A DNA stretch of 64,000 nt, taken from the NCBI GenBank assembly GCA_963676565.1, contig OY781089.1:1120001-1184000 (forward strand). Reading direction: 5' to 3'. The notes below the pieces were generated by a model. The model saw nothing but the letters and a program-made list of their open reading frames with translations. It made no database searches and had not been told where the DNA came from. The translations under genes and the position numbers were made by a program. The stretch is from Halarcobacter sp. GTDB lineage: Bacteria; Campylobacterota; Campylobacteria; Campylobacterales; Arcobacteraceae. Shown piece by piece: positions 45,790 through 56,717 of the stretch (its first letter is position 1; every line of letters begins with the position of its first letter).

Positions 45790-46973
45790 TATCTCTCCTT
45801 TATCTTCATTTTTTCATTAAAGTAGTTCATCACAACTGAAATGATAATACTTAATGTTAAATACACTGCCATTGTCATCAATATAATCTCAATTGCTTGC
45901 CCCACTTGATTTAGTGATGTACCTGCAAAAATAGTTACTAACTCTGGATAACCAATTGCTGTTGCAAGTGACGAGTTTTTTGTTAGGTTTAGATATTGAT
46001 TAATAACAGGTGGAATAATTACTCTAAGTGCTTGAGGTAAAACAACTTTTTTTAAGATTACAGAATCTTTTAAACCTAAAGATGCAGCAGCTTCCTTTTG
46101 CCCTTTTGGCACAGCTTCAATACCAGCTCTTACTGCTTCAGCTATATAAGTAGCAGTGTAAATACTTAGTGCAAATGCTAAAGCAAGAAGTTCTGGAATC
46201 ATTGTCCACCCACCTCTAAAGTTAAACCCTTTAAGTGCTGGATAATCTAAAGTTGCAGGCATCCCACTTACAAAAAATACAATTGTAGGAGCTAATACTA
46301 AAATAGCTATTGAAGTTGAAATAAGTGGAAACTCTTCACCTGTCTCATCATGTCTTTTCTTTGACCATCGTGAAAGATAAAATACTCCAACAATTGCTAA
46401 TATAAATGCAATAATTACAGAAATAAATCCACTTTCTAAAACAGGACTTGGGATATATAATCCTCTGTTGTTAAAGAAAATTGTATCAAAATAAGAGAAT
46501 GATTGTCGTGGACTAGGTAGTGAGGCTAATACAACATTATACCAAAACAGTATTTGTAATAAAATAGGAATATTTCTAAATGTTTCTACATAGACCATAG
46601 ATAATTTTGAAATCATCCAGTTCTTTGAAAGTCTTCCAATACCAACTAGTAAACCAATTATCGTAGCAAAAAATATACTAATTGAAGATACTAAGACTGT
46701 ATTTAGAAGTCCAACAAGAAAAACTTTTCCATGTGAATTTGATTCATCATATTCTATTAATGATTGAATAATACCAAATCCAGCTTCACTTCCTAAGAAG
46801 TCAAACCCTGTATTAATCCCACGTTTTTCGATGTTTATAAACATATTGTTTAAAACAAAATATGTAAATATAAAAATACCAGCTAGTGCTAAAACCTGAT
46901 AAATTATTGCCCTTTTTTCAGGGTTATTATAAAAAGCTACATTAGCTTGTGGCTTTTTTTTATGTTTTGTCAT
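45789..46973 (-). CDS. aapQ: Amino-acid ABC transporter permease (AapQ/BztB-like)
   Basis: FRNIPILLQ, NNRG, GFNFRGG and NLTKNSSLA motifs. Confidence 0.88.
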   Translation of the reverse strand: MTKHKKKPQANVAFYNNPEKRAIIYQVLALAGIFIFTYFVLNNMFINIEKRGINTGFDFLGSEAGFGIIQSLIEYDESNSHGKVFLVGLLNTVLVSSISIFFATIIGLLVGIGRLSKNWMISKLSMVYVETFRNIPILLQILFWYNVVLASLPSPRQSFSYFDTIFFNNRGLYIPSPVLESGFISVIIAFILAIVGVFYLSRWSKKRHDETGEEFPLISTSIAILVLAPTIVFFVSGMPATLDYPALKGFNFRGGWTMIPELLALAFALSIYTATYIAEAVRAGIEAVPKGQKEAAASLGLKDSVILKKVVLPQALRVIIPPVINQYLNLTKNSSLATAIGYPELVTIFAGTSLNQVGQAIEIILMTMAVYLTLSIIISVVMNYFNEKMKIKER

Positions 46974-47041
46974 TTTTCAACCTTAAAACAATCCTTAACA
47001 AGGATCAAGTTTTTTAATTGTTTGGAATATTTACTTCCTAC

Positions 47042-47074
47042 AAAAAAAAAGGGAAGTAAGTCTTCCCCCTTTTT
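47042..47074 (-). terminator. Terminator/stabiliser hairpin between aapJ and aapQ
   Basis: GGGAAG/CTTCCC stem with an A9 tract on the + strand, i.e. a U-tract on the transcript. Confidence 0.65.
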
Positions 47075-47096
47075 ATTTAAATTAAATCAAGTTTAA

Positions 47097-48113
47097 TTAT
47101 CTAATTGGTGCTCCATATTGTAAACCACCATCTTTCCATAAGGCATTTAACCCTCTAGAAATTTTAAGTGGAGAACCCATACCAACATTTCTTTCGAATG
47201 CTTCACCATAATTTCCAACTTGTTTAATAATATTATATGCCCATTTTGGATCTAAACCTAAGTTTTTACCAATATCACCTGATTCACCAAGTAATCTTTT
47301 AATTGATGGGTTTGGAGATTTTAACATCTCGTCAACATTTGCAGAATTTACACCTAATTCTTCTGCATTTAACATTGCAATGTGAGTCCATTTTACAATA
47401 TTAAACCATTTGTCATCACCTTGTCTTACAACTGGTCCTAAAGGCTCTTTAGAGATAATTTCTGGTAATACCATTGCAGAATCTGGATCTTTTAAAGTTG
47501 TTCTTAATCCATATAATTGAGAAGCATCTGAAGTTAAAGCATCACATCTTCCTGCAGCAAAACCTTCAACAGTTTGTGCTGATGTATCATAAGTGATTGG
47601 TTTATACTCCATTTTATTAGCTTTGAAATAATCAGTTAAGTTAAGCTCAGTTGTTGTACCCGCTTGAATACAAAAAGTAGCTCCATCTAGTTCTTTAGCT
47701 GATTTTACTCCTAAATCTTTTTTTACTAAAAAACCTTGACCATCATAATAGTTTACACCTGTAAAGTTTAAACCTAATGATGTATCCCTTGTAGCAGTCC
47801 ACGTTGTATTTCTTGCTAAAACATCAACTTCACCACTTGCTAGTGCAGTAAATCTCTCTTTTGCATTTAAATGAGCGTATTTTACTTTTGAAGCATCACC
47901 TAACACTGCAGCGGCAACTGCTCTACACATATCAACATCTAAACCTTTCCAAACACCGTTTGAATCAGGAGATGCAAATCCTGGAAGTCCAGTATTTAGA
48001 CCACAACTTAGAACACCATTTTTCTTTGTAGTTTCTAAAGTATCAGCCATAGATACAGTAGCAGTCATTGCTAAAGCAGCAAGACTTAAAGAGGCAGTTT
48101 TTAGTAATTTCAT
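47097..48113 (-). CDS. aapJ: General L-amino-acid ABC transporter substrate-binding protein (AapJ/BztA-like)
   Basis: Signal peptide from MKLLK; RNTTWT, YYDGQGF, ISKEPLGP and VGNYGE motifs. Confidence 0.9.
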   Translation of the reverse strand: MKLLKTASLSLAALAMTATVSMADTLETTKKNGVLSCGLNTGLPGFASPDSNGVWKGLDVDMCRAVAAAVLGDASKVKYAHLNAKERFTALASGEVDVLARNTTWTATRDTSLGLNFTGVNYYDGQGFLVKKDLGVKSAKELDGATFCIQAGTTTELNLTDYFKANKMEYKPITYDTSAQTVEGFAAGRCDALTSDASQLYGLRTTLKDPDSAMVLPEIISKEPLGPVVRQGDDKWFNIVKWTHIAMLNAEELGVNSANVDEMLKSPNPSIKRLLGESGDIGKNLGLDPKWAYNIIKQVGNYGEAFERNVGMGSPLKISRGLNALWKDGGLQYGAPIR

Positions 48114-48514
48114 ATTTTTTTCCTTATTATAGATTTGGATTACCATTATAAATACTGTAGATAGCAAATAAATAGCATTTGTGATTATATTACATAAAAT
48201 AGTTGCTTTTAATACAATATATGTATAATTTATATGCAATTTTTGATTTTAGTTTTATTGAAATTAAATTGCTTTTTGATGTAATAAAAAGGTCTAAATA
48301 TTGTTTTTATGGTGTATCTAGGAATATAACAATGAACTTATGATAATAAAATCTCGATAATTAGAAGAAGATAGATTAGATATAGAAAATTTACAAAATT
48401 TTAAGACTTTTTAAATAATATTAAGGTTATGGCTTCAAAAATCGATATAAATGTATATAGATTTTGTCAAGATAATAAAAGTTTTATTATATTTTGATTT
48501 ATGGAAGAGGTGGT

Positions 48515-49246
48515 TTAATCAAACCACCTTAACTCTTCCCTTAATTTTACAACTTCACCAACAATTATAATTGCAGGACTTACTGCTTCTTTAGATTTTT
48601 CTACAATATCTTTTAAAGTTCCAGTTATTACTTTTTGTTTGCTTGTTGTGCCATTTGAGATAATAGCACATGGATAATTTTCACCTTTTCCAACTTCAAG
48701 AAGTTTTGAAACAATCAAGTTTATGTTGTGTAAACCCATTAAAAAAACAATTGTCTCATCTTCGATAAAAGATTGCCAATTGATATTTGCAATATTGTCA
48801 CTAGATTTTCTATGACCTGTTACAACTCTAAATGATGGTGTAACTCCTCTGTTTGTAACTGGAATCCCTGCATAAGCTGGAACACTTATTGCCGAAGTTA
48901 CCCCTGGGATTATTTCAAATTTTATATCCCTTTGTTTTAGATATAAAGCCTCTTCCCCTCCACGTCCAAAAACAAAAGGATCTCCACCTTTTAATCTAAC
49001 TACGTTTTCATACTTTAAAGCACACTGGAAAATTAGTTCATTTATCTCATCTTGGGGAATTTTATGATTTCCTTTTTCTTTACCCACAAAAATAAGCTCT
49101 GCGTCTTTTCTTGCTTCTTTTAAGATTTCAGGGTTTGCTAATCTGTCATAAATTATTACATCGGCTTTTTGAATCGATTTTAAAGCTTTTATTGTTAAAA
49201 GTTCAACATCACCAGGCCCTGCACCTGTTAAATATACTTTACTCAT
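48515..49246 (-). CDS. cobA: Uroporphyrinogen-III C-methyltransferase
   Basis: GAGPGD, YDRL and RLKGGDPFVFGRGGEE motifs. Confidence 0.95.
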   Translation of the reverse strand: MSKVYLTGAGPGDVELLTIKALKSIQKADVIIYDRLANPEILKEARKDAELIFVGKEKGNHKIPQDEINELIFQCALKYENVVRLKGGDPFVFGRGGEEALYLKQRDIKFEIIPGVTSAISVPAYAGIPVTNRGVTPSFRVVTGHRKSSDNIANINWQSFIEDETIVFLMGLHNINLIVSKLLEVGKGENYPCAIISNGTTSKQKVITGTLKDIVEKSKEAVSPAIIIVGEVVKLREELRWFD

Positions 49247-49383
49247 GTCATATCTTTTTTTGGTGGAATTATAACCTATAAAAGTAGTATAAACCTTAAC
49301 ATTAAGGATAGTATTTATACATATTCTAGATTTAAGCTAGATTATAATAAGCTTCATAAATTTTAAAAGATAAGTAGGAAATT

Positions 49384-50352
49384 ATGTTAATTGATGGACA
49401 TGGTAGAAAAGTTGATTATCTAAGGGTTTCTGTAACAGAACGATGTAATTTTAGATGTCAATATTGTATGCCTGAAAAACCGTTTTCTTGGGTACCTAGA
49501 GAAAATTTACTATCATATGAAGATTTATTTAAATTTGTAAAAGTTTCAATAGATGAGGGTATTAGAAAAGTTAGAATTACAGGTGGGGAACCACTTTTAA
49601 GGGAAGGGCTTGAAAATTTTGTAAAAATGATTGCTGATTATAAAAGTGATATTGATTTAGCCCTTACAACAAATGCGTATTTATTACCTAAAGCTGCACA
49701 AAAATTAGCAGATGCTGGTTTAAAAAGAATAAATGTATCTTTAGATTCTCTAAATGATGAGGTTGCAGCAAAAATTGCACAAAAAGATGTTTTAAAAACA
49801 GTTTTAAAAGGTATTCAAGCCGCATCAGATGCTGGTTTAAAGGTAAAAGTTAATTGTGTCCCTATGAAAGGGATCAATGATGGTGAACTTGTTGAAATAA
49901 TGGACTTTTGTAAAGAAAAAGGTTATCCAATTAGATATATTGAATATATGGAAAACCAACATGCAAAAGATACTGCAAAGGGTTTAAATTCTGAAGAGAT
50001 TCAAGCAATAATTAGAGAAAAATACAATTTCAAGATGATTGAAAGGGAAGGAAGTTCCCCTTCTCAAAACTACCAGTTAGATGATGGGTATGTATTTGGG
50101 ATAATTGAACCTCATAAAGATGATTTTTGTGCTACATGTAATAGAATTAGATTAACTGCAAGTGGTGTTTTAATTCCATGTTTATATTTTGAAGATGCTC
50201 AAAGTATTAAAGAAGCAATTCAAGCTAATGATATAGATAAAGCTGCAGCAATTTTAAAAGATGTATTAGCAAAGAAACCTGAAAAAAATAAATGGGCAGA
50301 TGAAGAAGGAAATGAAACCTCTTCTAGAGCTTTTTACGAAACAGGTGGTTGA
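49384..50352 (+). CDS. moaA: GTP 3',8-cyclase MoaA
   Basis: [13 protein letters not shown] and [11 protein letters not shown] motifs; C-terminal GG. Confidence 0.97.
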   Translation: MLIDGHGRKVDYLRVSVTERCNFRCQYCMPEKPFSWVPRENLLSYEDLFKFVKVSIDEGIRKVRITGGEPLLREGLENFVKMIADYKSDIDLALTTNAYLLPKAAQKLADAGLKRINVSLDSLNDEVAAKIAQKDVLKTVLKGIQAASDAGLKVKVNCVPMKGINDGELVEIMDFCKEKGYPIRYIEYMENQHAKDTAKGLNSEEIQAIIREKYNFKMIEREGSSPSQNYQLDDGYVFGIIEPHKDDFCATCNRIRLTASGVLIPCLYFEDAQSIKEAIQANDIDKAAAILKDVLAKKPEKNKWADEEGNETSSRAFYETGG

Positions 50353-50370
50353 TTTGAAAGTTTGATTGGA

Positions 50371-51189
50371 TTAAAATCCAATCTTCTTTCTATGACCCAT
50401 CTCTTTTAAGGTTTTAAACTCTTCAATTTTTGGCACATTATAGAGTTCTATAAATAAACCTATTGCATTTGATCTTAAATAAATAAAGCTATCTTTTTTA
50501 TCGTGATTTTCCACTAAATACTCATTGTTCCCATTTTTAACAATTTTTTTGTAATCAGTATACCTAGCTTCAATTTGAAGTCTTAAAGATAAAAACTCTT
50601 TTTTATTCTTTGACAAAAAACCATAATAATAAGACTTCCCATCTTTTTTTGTAAATTTAAAATCCTCTTTTGTTAAGTCTATATTTTTCTCTTTTACTAT
50701 TTTTGCAAATTTCACATCTTGGTCATGACCAATATCATTATCAAGTAAAAACCTACATAAATCTTCTGCTTTTTTTAATCCAAAATCATAAAAAATACCA
50801 TCAGTTAAAACTACCTCTTCTTTACCGTCTAAAATAAATGTCACTGAAAAACTTGAATAAAAATTTCCAGTTAAATAGTTTATTTCTGTTTTTACTTCTT
50901 TTATATCATCTCTATTTATATGTTTTTCACTAACTAATTTATTATTATCAAATATCTCCCATGATATATTTTTCTCATCAATATTTAACTTTACACTTCT
51001 TTTTACAAAAGTAACATAAATTGCTGATGCTATTTGAAAAGCACAAAGAGCTAATGCCCCAAAAAATAAAATTGAATAAATACCACCACTTTTTAAATGA
51101 CCTTGATACATAACAAGTGCGAAGATACCAAAAGCTAAAAGCATAAAAAGTTTATATGAAAACCCTTTATCTAAAATATATTTTTGCAA
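50371..51189 (-). CDS. Hypothetical membrane protein (two N-terminal TM segments)
   Basis: 272-aa ORF with TTG start. Confidence 0.75.
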   Translation of the reverse strand: MQKYILDKGFSYKLFMLLAFGIFALVMYQGHLKSGGIYSILFFGALALCAFQIASAIYVTFVKRSVKLNIDEKNISWEIFDNNKLVSEKHINRDDIKEVKTEINYLTGNFYSSFSVTFILDGKEEVVLTDGIFYDFGLKKAEDLCRFLLDNDIGHDQDVKFAKIVKEKNIDLTKEDFKFTKKDGKSYYYGFLSKNKKEFLSLRLQIEARYTDYKKIVKNGNNEYLVENHDKKDSFIYLRSNAIGLFIELYNVPKIEEFKTLKEMGHRKKIGF

Positions 51190-51204
51190 ATTTAAACCTT
51201 AATA

Positions 51205-51861
51205 TTAAATATATGTGCTTAAAAGTTTATCATCTTTATCATTAGGGTTTAAGTTTTTCTCAAATAGTTTTACGCCAGATTGTAATAAAAGTTTTTGGTG
51301 TGTTGATGAGATACTATCATCAGTATCTACAGTATCGTCTCTTCTTCTTCCTGTAATCTCATTTTTTCTTCTATCATTTAGTTCTTGATTAGCTCTTTTA
51401 TCAATTTTAAAATTTTTTATAAATAGGTTTTTTTCCAATAAAAAAATTAATGAATATAATTCATCTTTTGAGATTTTAGATTCACTATTTTCATTGAATT
51501 CACTTTTCATCCAAAATAAGGTTGTAATTAAATCATGACTTACATGGTTTATTATCCCTAAAGTTTTTGCATATTCAATTAGATTATGTTCATTTATTTT
51601 TAACCATCGCTCTTTTAATTTTGATGATTGAAAGTTATATTCATCTGAATCTTTTAAAATTTTACTTATATTTTTTACTCCAAAAAATTCAATTCTTCTT
51701 TGAAGATTTATAATTACACAATCCCACAAAGTAAATAAAACAAAAGAAAACTTCTCTAAATCAATTAACTCCTTTGCCTCTTTTAATGAATAAATTTCGT
51801 TTTCTTCTAAATTATAAAGGGGATTATCTGGGTTATTTAATATATCAGGCGTATCACACAT
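51205..51861 (-). CDS. Hypothetical protein
   Basis: 218-aa ORF with AGGAGAG RBS. Confidence 0.75.
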   Translation of the reverse strand: MCDTPDILNNPDNPLYNLEENEIYSLKEAKELIDLEKFSFVLFTLWDCVIINLQRRIEFFGVKNISKILKDSDEYNFQSSKLKERWLKINEHNLIEYAKTLGIINHVSHDLITTLFWMKSEFNENSESKISKDELYSLIFLLEKNLFIKNFKIDKRANQELNDRRKNEITGRRRDDTVDTDDSISSTHQKLLLQSGVKLFEKNLNPNDKDDKLLSTYI

Positions 51862-51934
51862 AATCTCTCCTTTTCTTTATTTTAGATTAAATTATATCAT
51901 ATTTATTCTCTTTATGCAAGAAAAGTGAGTTTAA

Positions 51935-52723
51935 CTATTCAATTGACTTGATGTAATACCGTTGGTTTTCCTCTTCTAAGAGAATTTTTGATTCAAAAAT
52001 TTTAGACAAATTCTCTGAATTTAGAATCTGCTTTTTTTCACCTTGTTTAAAAATAGTTTTATTATAAAGCATTGCAATATGTGAAATTTCAGGAAAAATC
52101 TCTTCAATATGGTGTGTAACTAATATGATTGAGGCTTTAGCTGAAAGTTTTCTAACTATTTGTAAAAATGAGTTTTGAGCTTTTATATCAAGACCAACAG
52201 TTGGTTCGTCTAAAATAAAAGCCTTAGGTTCATGAATTAATGCACGACCTATAATACATCGTCTTAATTGACCTGTACTCATTTGATGAACTTTTTTATC
52301 TTTTATATGTGGAATTTCTAAAAACTCTAAAACCTCTAAAGCTTTTTGGTGTTGTATTTCAGTAAAGTCTTGGTGCTTAAATACTCCAATTGTGCTGTAG
52401 AAGCCACTTAAAATAACTTCATAAGCACTTAAGAAATTTCCATGTTTTTCAAAATAGTTATGTAAATCATTTGTGATAATCCCTAAATTTTTCTTTAAAT
52501 CAAAGATACTCCATCTCTCTTTACCAAAAATAAGTTTTTTAAATTTATATTTTGTATTTGGGTATAAATCATTTGAAAGAAGTTTAATTAAAGTAGATTT
52601 TCCACTCCCATTAGACCCTAAAATAGCCCAATGTTCTCCTTCTTTTATCTCTAAATTTATATTTTCTAACACAGGATTTACTTCATAACTTACATATATA
52701 TTGTTAAAATCTATTATTTTCAT
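51935..52723 (-). CDS. ABC ATP-binding protein (ModF/YlmA-like)
   Basis: GEHWAILGSNGSGKS, MSTGQ, LDEPT and VTHH motifs. Confidence 0.9.
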   Translation of the reverse strand: MKIIDFNNIYVSYEVNPVLENINLEIKEGEHWAILGSNGSGKSTLIKLLSNDLYPNTKYKFKKLIFGKERWSIFDLKKNLGIITNDLHNYFEKHGNFLSAYEVILSGFYSTIGVFKHQDFTEIQHQKALEVLEFLEIPHIKDKKVHQMSTGQLRRCIIGRALIHEPKAFILDEPTVGLDIKAQNSFLQIVRKLSAKASIILVTHHIEEIFPEISHIAMLYNKTIFKQGEKKQILNSENLSKIFESKILLEEENQRYYIKSIE

Positions 52724-52778
52724 TTCAATATCCTTAAAAAAACAATTTTACTTAAAGAATGTTTAAAGTTGTTTAATA

Positions 52779-52836
52779 TATAATTCGCGTCCACTTTGAA
52801 AAAAGTGAAATTCATATACCTATTAGGAGGTCAATC
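52779..52836 (+). promoter_or_regulatory. rpsO promoter and structured leader
   Basis: TATAAT at 52779-52784; CACTTT-GAAA-AAAGTG GNRA hairpin at 52792-52807; AGGAGG RBS. Confidence 0.6.
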
Positions 52837-53109
52837 ATGGCTTTAGATCAGGACGTAAAAGCAAATATTATTGCAAAATACAGAAGAGATGACAAAGACA
52901 CTGGTTCAGCAGAAGTTCAAATTGCTTTATTAACAGAGCAAGTAAAAGTTTTAACAGAGCATTTAAAAACTAATAAAAAAGATCACTCATCAAGATTAGG
53001 TCTTTTAAAAATGGTTGGTAAAAGAAAAAGACTTTTAAAATACCTTAGAAAAACTGATTATGAAAGATTTACTACGTTAGTAGCTGATTTAGGAATCAGA
53101 GCTAAATAG
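52837..53109 (+). CDS. rpsO: 30S ribosomal protein S15
   Basis: [13 protein letters not shown] and [20 protein letters not shown] motifs. Confidence 0.99.
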   Translation: MALDQDVKANIIAKYRRDDKDTGSAEVQIALLTEQVKVLTEHLKTNKKDHSSRLGLLKMVGKRKRLLKYLRKTDYERFTTLVADLGIRAK

Positions 53110-53129
53110 ATTTGACATTAATTTGTTTT

Positions 53130-53168
53130 AAAAAAGGTTGCAAGAATTTCCTTGCAACCTTTTTTTTT
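53130..53168 (+). terminator. Rho-independent terminator after rpsO
   Basis: AAAAAAGGTTGCAAG-aatttc-CTTGCAACC followed by T9. Confidence 0.92.
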
Positions 53169-53252
53169 GATAAACTAATAAATTAATTTACCAAGATAAA
53201 CTTATTTAATAGTTGTTTTTGTAAAATAATTTAAAAAAAGATTAGGAACACT

Positions 53253-53654
53253 ATGTTACTTACAAAAAAAAGTGAATATGCTTTACTTGCTTTGATATCA
53301 ATTGCTAAAAGTGAAGAGCTTAAAAATGTTGATGTTTTATCCCGTGAACTTAATATTCCTAAATCTTTTCTAGCAAAAATTATGCAAAATCTTGCAAAAA
53401 ATGATATTGTAGTTTCCCATAGGGGTGTAAATGGTGGATTTGTTTTAAAAAAACCATATGATGAGATTACAATTTTAGAAATTACAACTGTTGCTGAAGA
53501 AAAGATTCCTTCTGTATTTGAATGTTCTCCTTCTGTATCCTCTTGCCCTTCTGATATTGGAATGGTGTGTGGTTTATGGCCAGTTTTAAATAATCTTCAA
53601 ACAAGAATAAATGGCTTTTTAGAAGGATTAACATTAAAGGATATTGCTTCGTGA
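53253..53654 (+). CDS. Rrf2-family transcriptional regulator
   Basis: SEYAL, FLAKIMQ.L and RGVNGGF motifs; three C-terminal Cys. Confidence 0.93.
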   Translation: MLLTKKSEYALLALISIAKSEELKNVDVLSRELNIPKSFLAKIMQNLAKNDIVVSHRGVNGGFVLKKPYDEITILEITTVAEEKIPSVFECSPSVSSCPSDIGMVCGLWPVLNNLQTRINGFLEGLTLKDIAS

Positions 53655-54700
53655 AACTTTTTCATTTGTCTCATACGGATTTAGATGGTTACTCTTGTCA
53701 ACTTTTGATAAAAGAGTATTTCAATGATGGATTTTATTTCAATGCCAATTATGGTTTAGAAGTAAAACTAAGTTTAAAGAAAATACTTCAAGATATTCAA
53801 GAGTATAAAGATGATGAGATTTTATTTTTTATTACTGATTTAAATCTTACTTTTAATGAAGCAAAAGATTTAGATAATGAAATAAACGATTTAAATGAAA
53901 ATGGCTTTAATATAAAACTTCAATTACTTGACCACCACGCAACTGGTCAAAAGAGTGCAGATACATTCAGCTGGTATTATTTGGATACTAAAAGATGTGC
54001 TACAAAAATAGTTTATGATTATCTAAATACTACATACAATGGTTTTTCAGATGAAAAAAAATTATGGATGAAACCCCTTGTAGATGCAATAAATGCAATT
54101 GATATTTGGGTAGATAAAGAGGTTAAAAACTTTGAGTTTGGTAAGGTTTTACTTAGAATGGTTTCTCAAGTAAGAGAGATAAATAATGTGCTTTTCCCAG
54201 ATTTAAATAGGGACTTTAGAATTTACCTACTAAAAGAATCAGCAAAATATATAAATGAAGAGAATGGAAATATTAAATTAGATAATGAAATCCATTTTTT
54301 AAAGAAAAACTTTCTTATGCAAGATGGATGTGATGACACTATTGATAATCTTAGTGCAAAATATTTAGTGTCTTGTTTAGATAAATTAAAAGAGAAATTA
54401 ACAGTAACATATAAAGGACATAAAGGACTTTTAACTTATACTTTAGGTTCTATTTCAATCCCTGCAAATGCTTTTTTAGTGGCTAATGAAGACTATGATT
54501 TTTTTATTGATATTAGTAAGAAAGGAAATGCCTCTTTTAGAGCAGATGGAAAAGTTGATGTATCTTTAATAGCACAAGCTTTAGCAAATGGAGGAGGGCA
54601 CCCAAATGCTTCTGGTTGTAAATTTGAAGACTTCAAAGAATCAATTGACTACAATGATATTAAATCTTATATCCAAGGGAAACTTGACAGCTTAGCATAA
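53651..54700 (+). CDS. DHH-family phosphoesterase (NrnB-like)
   Basis: SHTDLDG, ITDL, LDHH and GGGHPNA motifs. Confidence 0.9.
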   Translation: MKLFHLSHTDLDGYSCQLLIKEYFNDGFYFNANYGLEVKLSLKKILQDIQEYKDDEILFFITDLNLTFNEAKDLDNEINDLNENGFNIKLQLLDHHATGQKSADTFSWYYLDTKRCATKIVYDYLNTTYNGFSDEKKLWMKPLVDAINAIDIWVDKEVKNFEFGKVLLRMVSQVREINNVLFPDLNRDFRIYLLKESAKYINEENGNIKLDNEIHFLKKNFLMQDGCDDTIDNLSAKYLVSCLDKLKEKLTVTYKGHKGLLTYTLGSISIPANAFLVANEDYDFFIDISKKGNASFRADGKVDVSLIAQALANGGGHPNASGCKFEDFKESIDYNDIKSYIQGKLDSLA

Positions 54701-55092
54701 TTCCTGAAATTTATTTTCTTTGGTATTATAAATCTCTATTCTTCCATCTTCAATTTTATAATACCAACCATGAATGTCCAGTGTTCCCTCTTTGATTTTT
54801 TTTGAACCTCAGGAAAAGTTAGCAGATTTTTAAGTTGATATTTTATAGAGCTTTTTTCAGTTTCTAAATCTAAATATAAAGATCTACATGCTCCATAATT
54901 AGAGTGACCACAAATTATTATGTGTTTTACATTTAAAACTGAAACAGCAAACTCAATAGCTGCTAATGTTCCATGGAAATCATTATCATTTTTATATGGA
55001 GGAACAAAGTTCCCCATATTTCTAATAATAAACATATCTCCTGGTCTTGATGAACTAATTAAATTTTGTATCTCTAAAAAGTTTATTTCCAA
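54692..55092 (-). pseudogene. Degraded beta-carbonic anhydrase
   Basis: PGDMFIIRNMGN and AAIEFAV motifs present. HxxC is mutated to HSNY, the N-terminal CxDxR is absent, and there is an internal deletion. The C-terminus (GTLDIHGWYYKIEDG...) continues in another frame after an A-run. Confidence 0.82.
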
Positions 55093-55115
55093 TCTTTAAA
55101 TCTTCAATTGTTATT

Positions 55116-56567
55116 TTAGTTCCTTACTTTTAATTTTTTTTCTTTTATATTATTAATTAATTTCATAATTCTTTGAACTTTTTCTTCTTCATCTTTTAAG
55201 TGGTCTTGAGCGCTTAGGGTAAATTGATCAAGTTTTGCATCTAAATAATTTGTTGTAAATCTTCCTGCCTGAAAATCTTCATCTCTAGTAATTTCTCTAT
55301 GTAATTGTATATTTGTAGGAAAACCTTCAAGTACAAATTCATCTAAAGCCCTTATTGCTTTTTTGACTGCTCCTTCCCAATCTAATGCCCAAACAATTAG
55401 TTTTCCTATCATTGAATCGTAATTTGCAGGAACTTTATATCCTGTGTAAGCACAAGAATCTAGTCTTACCCCTGGGCCATTTGGCGTTAAATATTGTGTA
55501 ATAGTTCCTGCTGATGGCATAAAGTTTTTTTGTGGATTTTCAGCATTAATTCTAAACTCAATTGCATATCCCCTAAATTTAACTTCTTCTTGCATATATT
55601 TTAATTTATCTCCTCCTGCAATTTCAATCATTCTTTGAATAATATCAACTCCACTTGTTATTTCTGTCACAGGATGTTCTACTTGAACTCTGGTATTCAT
55701 TTCTATAAAAAAGATATTGTCATTTTCATCAACTAAAAATTCAATTGTTCCTACACTTTCATATCCAAGTTTAAACATTGATTTAGTTGATATCCTAAAT
55801 AACTCTTTTCTTACTTCATTGTTAAGTAATGGAGATGGAGAGATTTCAATTACTTTTTGATGTCTTCTTTGAATAGAACAATCCCTTTCTCCTAAATGTA
55901 CAACATTCCCATGTTTATCTGCAATAATTTGAACTTCAATATGTCTTGGGTTTTCAACATACTTCTCTATAAAACAAGCGCCATTTCCAAAGAATTTTTT
56001 TGCTTCTGTTGTGGCAGCTTCAAACATAGAATCAAACTCTTTTTCTTTTTTGACAATTCTCATTCCTCTACCTCCACCACCAAAGGCAGCTTTGATAATC
56101 ACAGGAAATCCTATCTGTGATGCAACTTTTTTTGCTTCATTTTTATCTTCTATTGCTTCTTCTGTACCTTCTAAAATAGGAACGCCAACTTTTTTCATAG
56201 CATTTTTAGAAGCCATTTTATCTCCAAAAAGTGCAATATGTTCTGGCTTTGGACCAATAAATATAATACCTGCATCTTCACAAGCTTGAGCAAAATCCGC
56301 ATTTTCACTTAAAAATCCATACCCAGGATGAATAGCATCGCAATTTGCTTTTTTTGCAATAGATATGATAGTTTCATAGTTTAAATATGCTTGAATTACA
56401 TCACCTACAATTGGATAACATTCGTCAGCTTTTCTAACCCATAAACCCTCAACATCAATTTCTGAAAATATAGCTACGCTTGTTACATCTAATTCTTTAC
56501 ATGCCCTTATTATTCTAAGAGCTATTTCCCCTCTATTTGCTATTAAAACTTTTGATATTTTTTCCAT
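55116..56567 (-). CDS. Biotin carboxylase subunit (pyruvate carboxylase A / AccC-like)
   Basis: IANRGEIA, HPGYGFLSEN, GGGGRG, RDCSIQRRHQK and EMNTRVQVEH motifs. Confidence 0.93.
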   Translation of the reverse strand: MEKISKVLIANRGEIALRIIRACKELDVTSVAIFSEIDVEGLWVRKADECYPIVGDVIQAYLNYETIISIAKKANCDAIHPGYGFLSENADFAQACEDAGIIFIGPKPEHIALFGDKMASKNAMKKVGVPILEGTEEAIEDKNEAKKVASQIGFPVIIKAAFGGGGRGMRIVKKEKEFDSMFEAATTEAKKFFGNGACFIEKYVENPRHIEVQIIADKHGNVVHLGERDCSIQRRHQKVIEISPSPLLNNEVRKELFRISTKSMFKLGYESVGTIEFLVDENDNIFFIEMNTRVQVEHPVTEITSGVDIIQRMIEIAGGDKLKYMQEEVKFRGYAIEFRINAENPQKNFMPSAGTITQYLTPNGPGVRLDSCAYTGYKVPANYDSMIGKLIVWALDWEGAVKKAIRALDEFVLEGFPTNIQLHREITRDEDFQAGRFTTNYLDAKLDQFTLSAQDHLKDEEEKVQRIMKLINNIKEKKLKVRN

Positions 56568-56717
56568 TATTTTCCCTTTTTCTTAATTAATTAGCTTATT
56601 GTATGATTTAAATAAGAAAAATTCTTTATTTTTTGTGCTGAATTTATTGTTAATTTATGTTCTAAAAATTGTTCAAAAATGCTAAAAATTTATTCCATTT
56701 TTGATAGAATTAACTTT

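Noticed and set aside
48114..48514. 400-bp AT-rich gap as a possible sRNA or mobile-element scar
   Set aside because: No stable hairpin, terminal repeats or ORF with an RBS seen; consistent with the aapJ promoter region.
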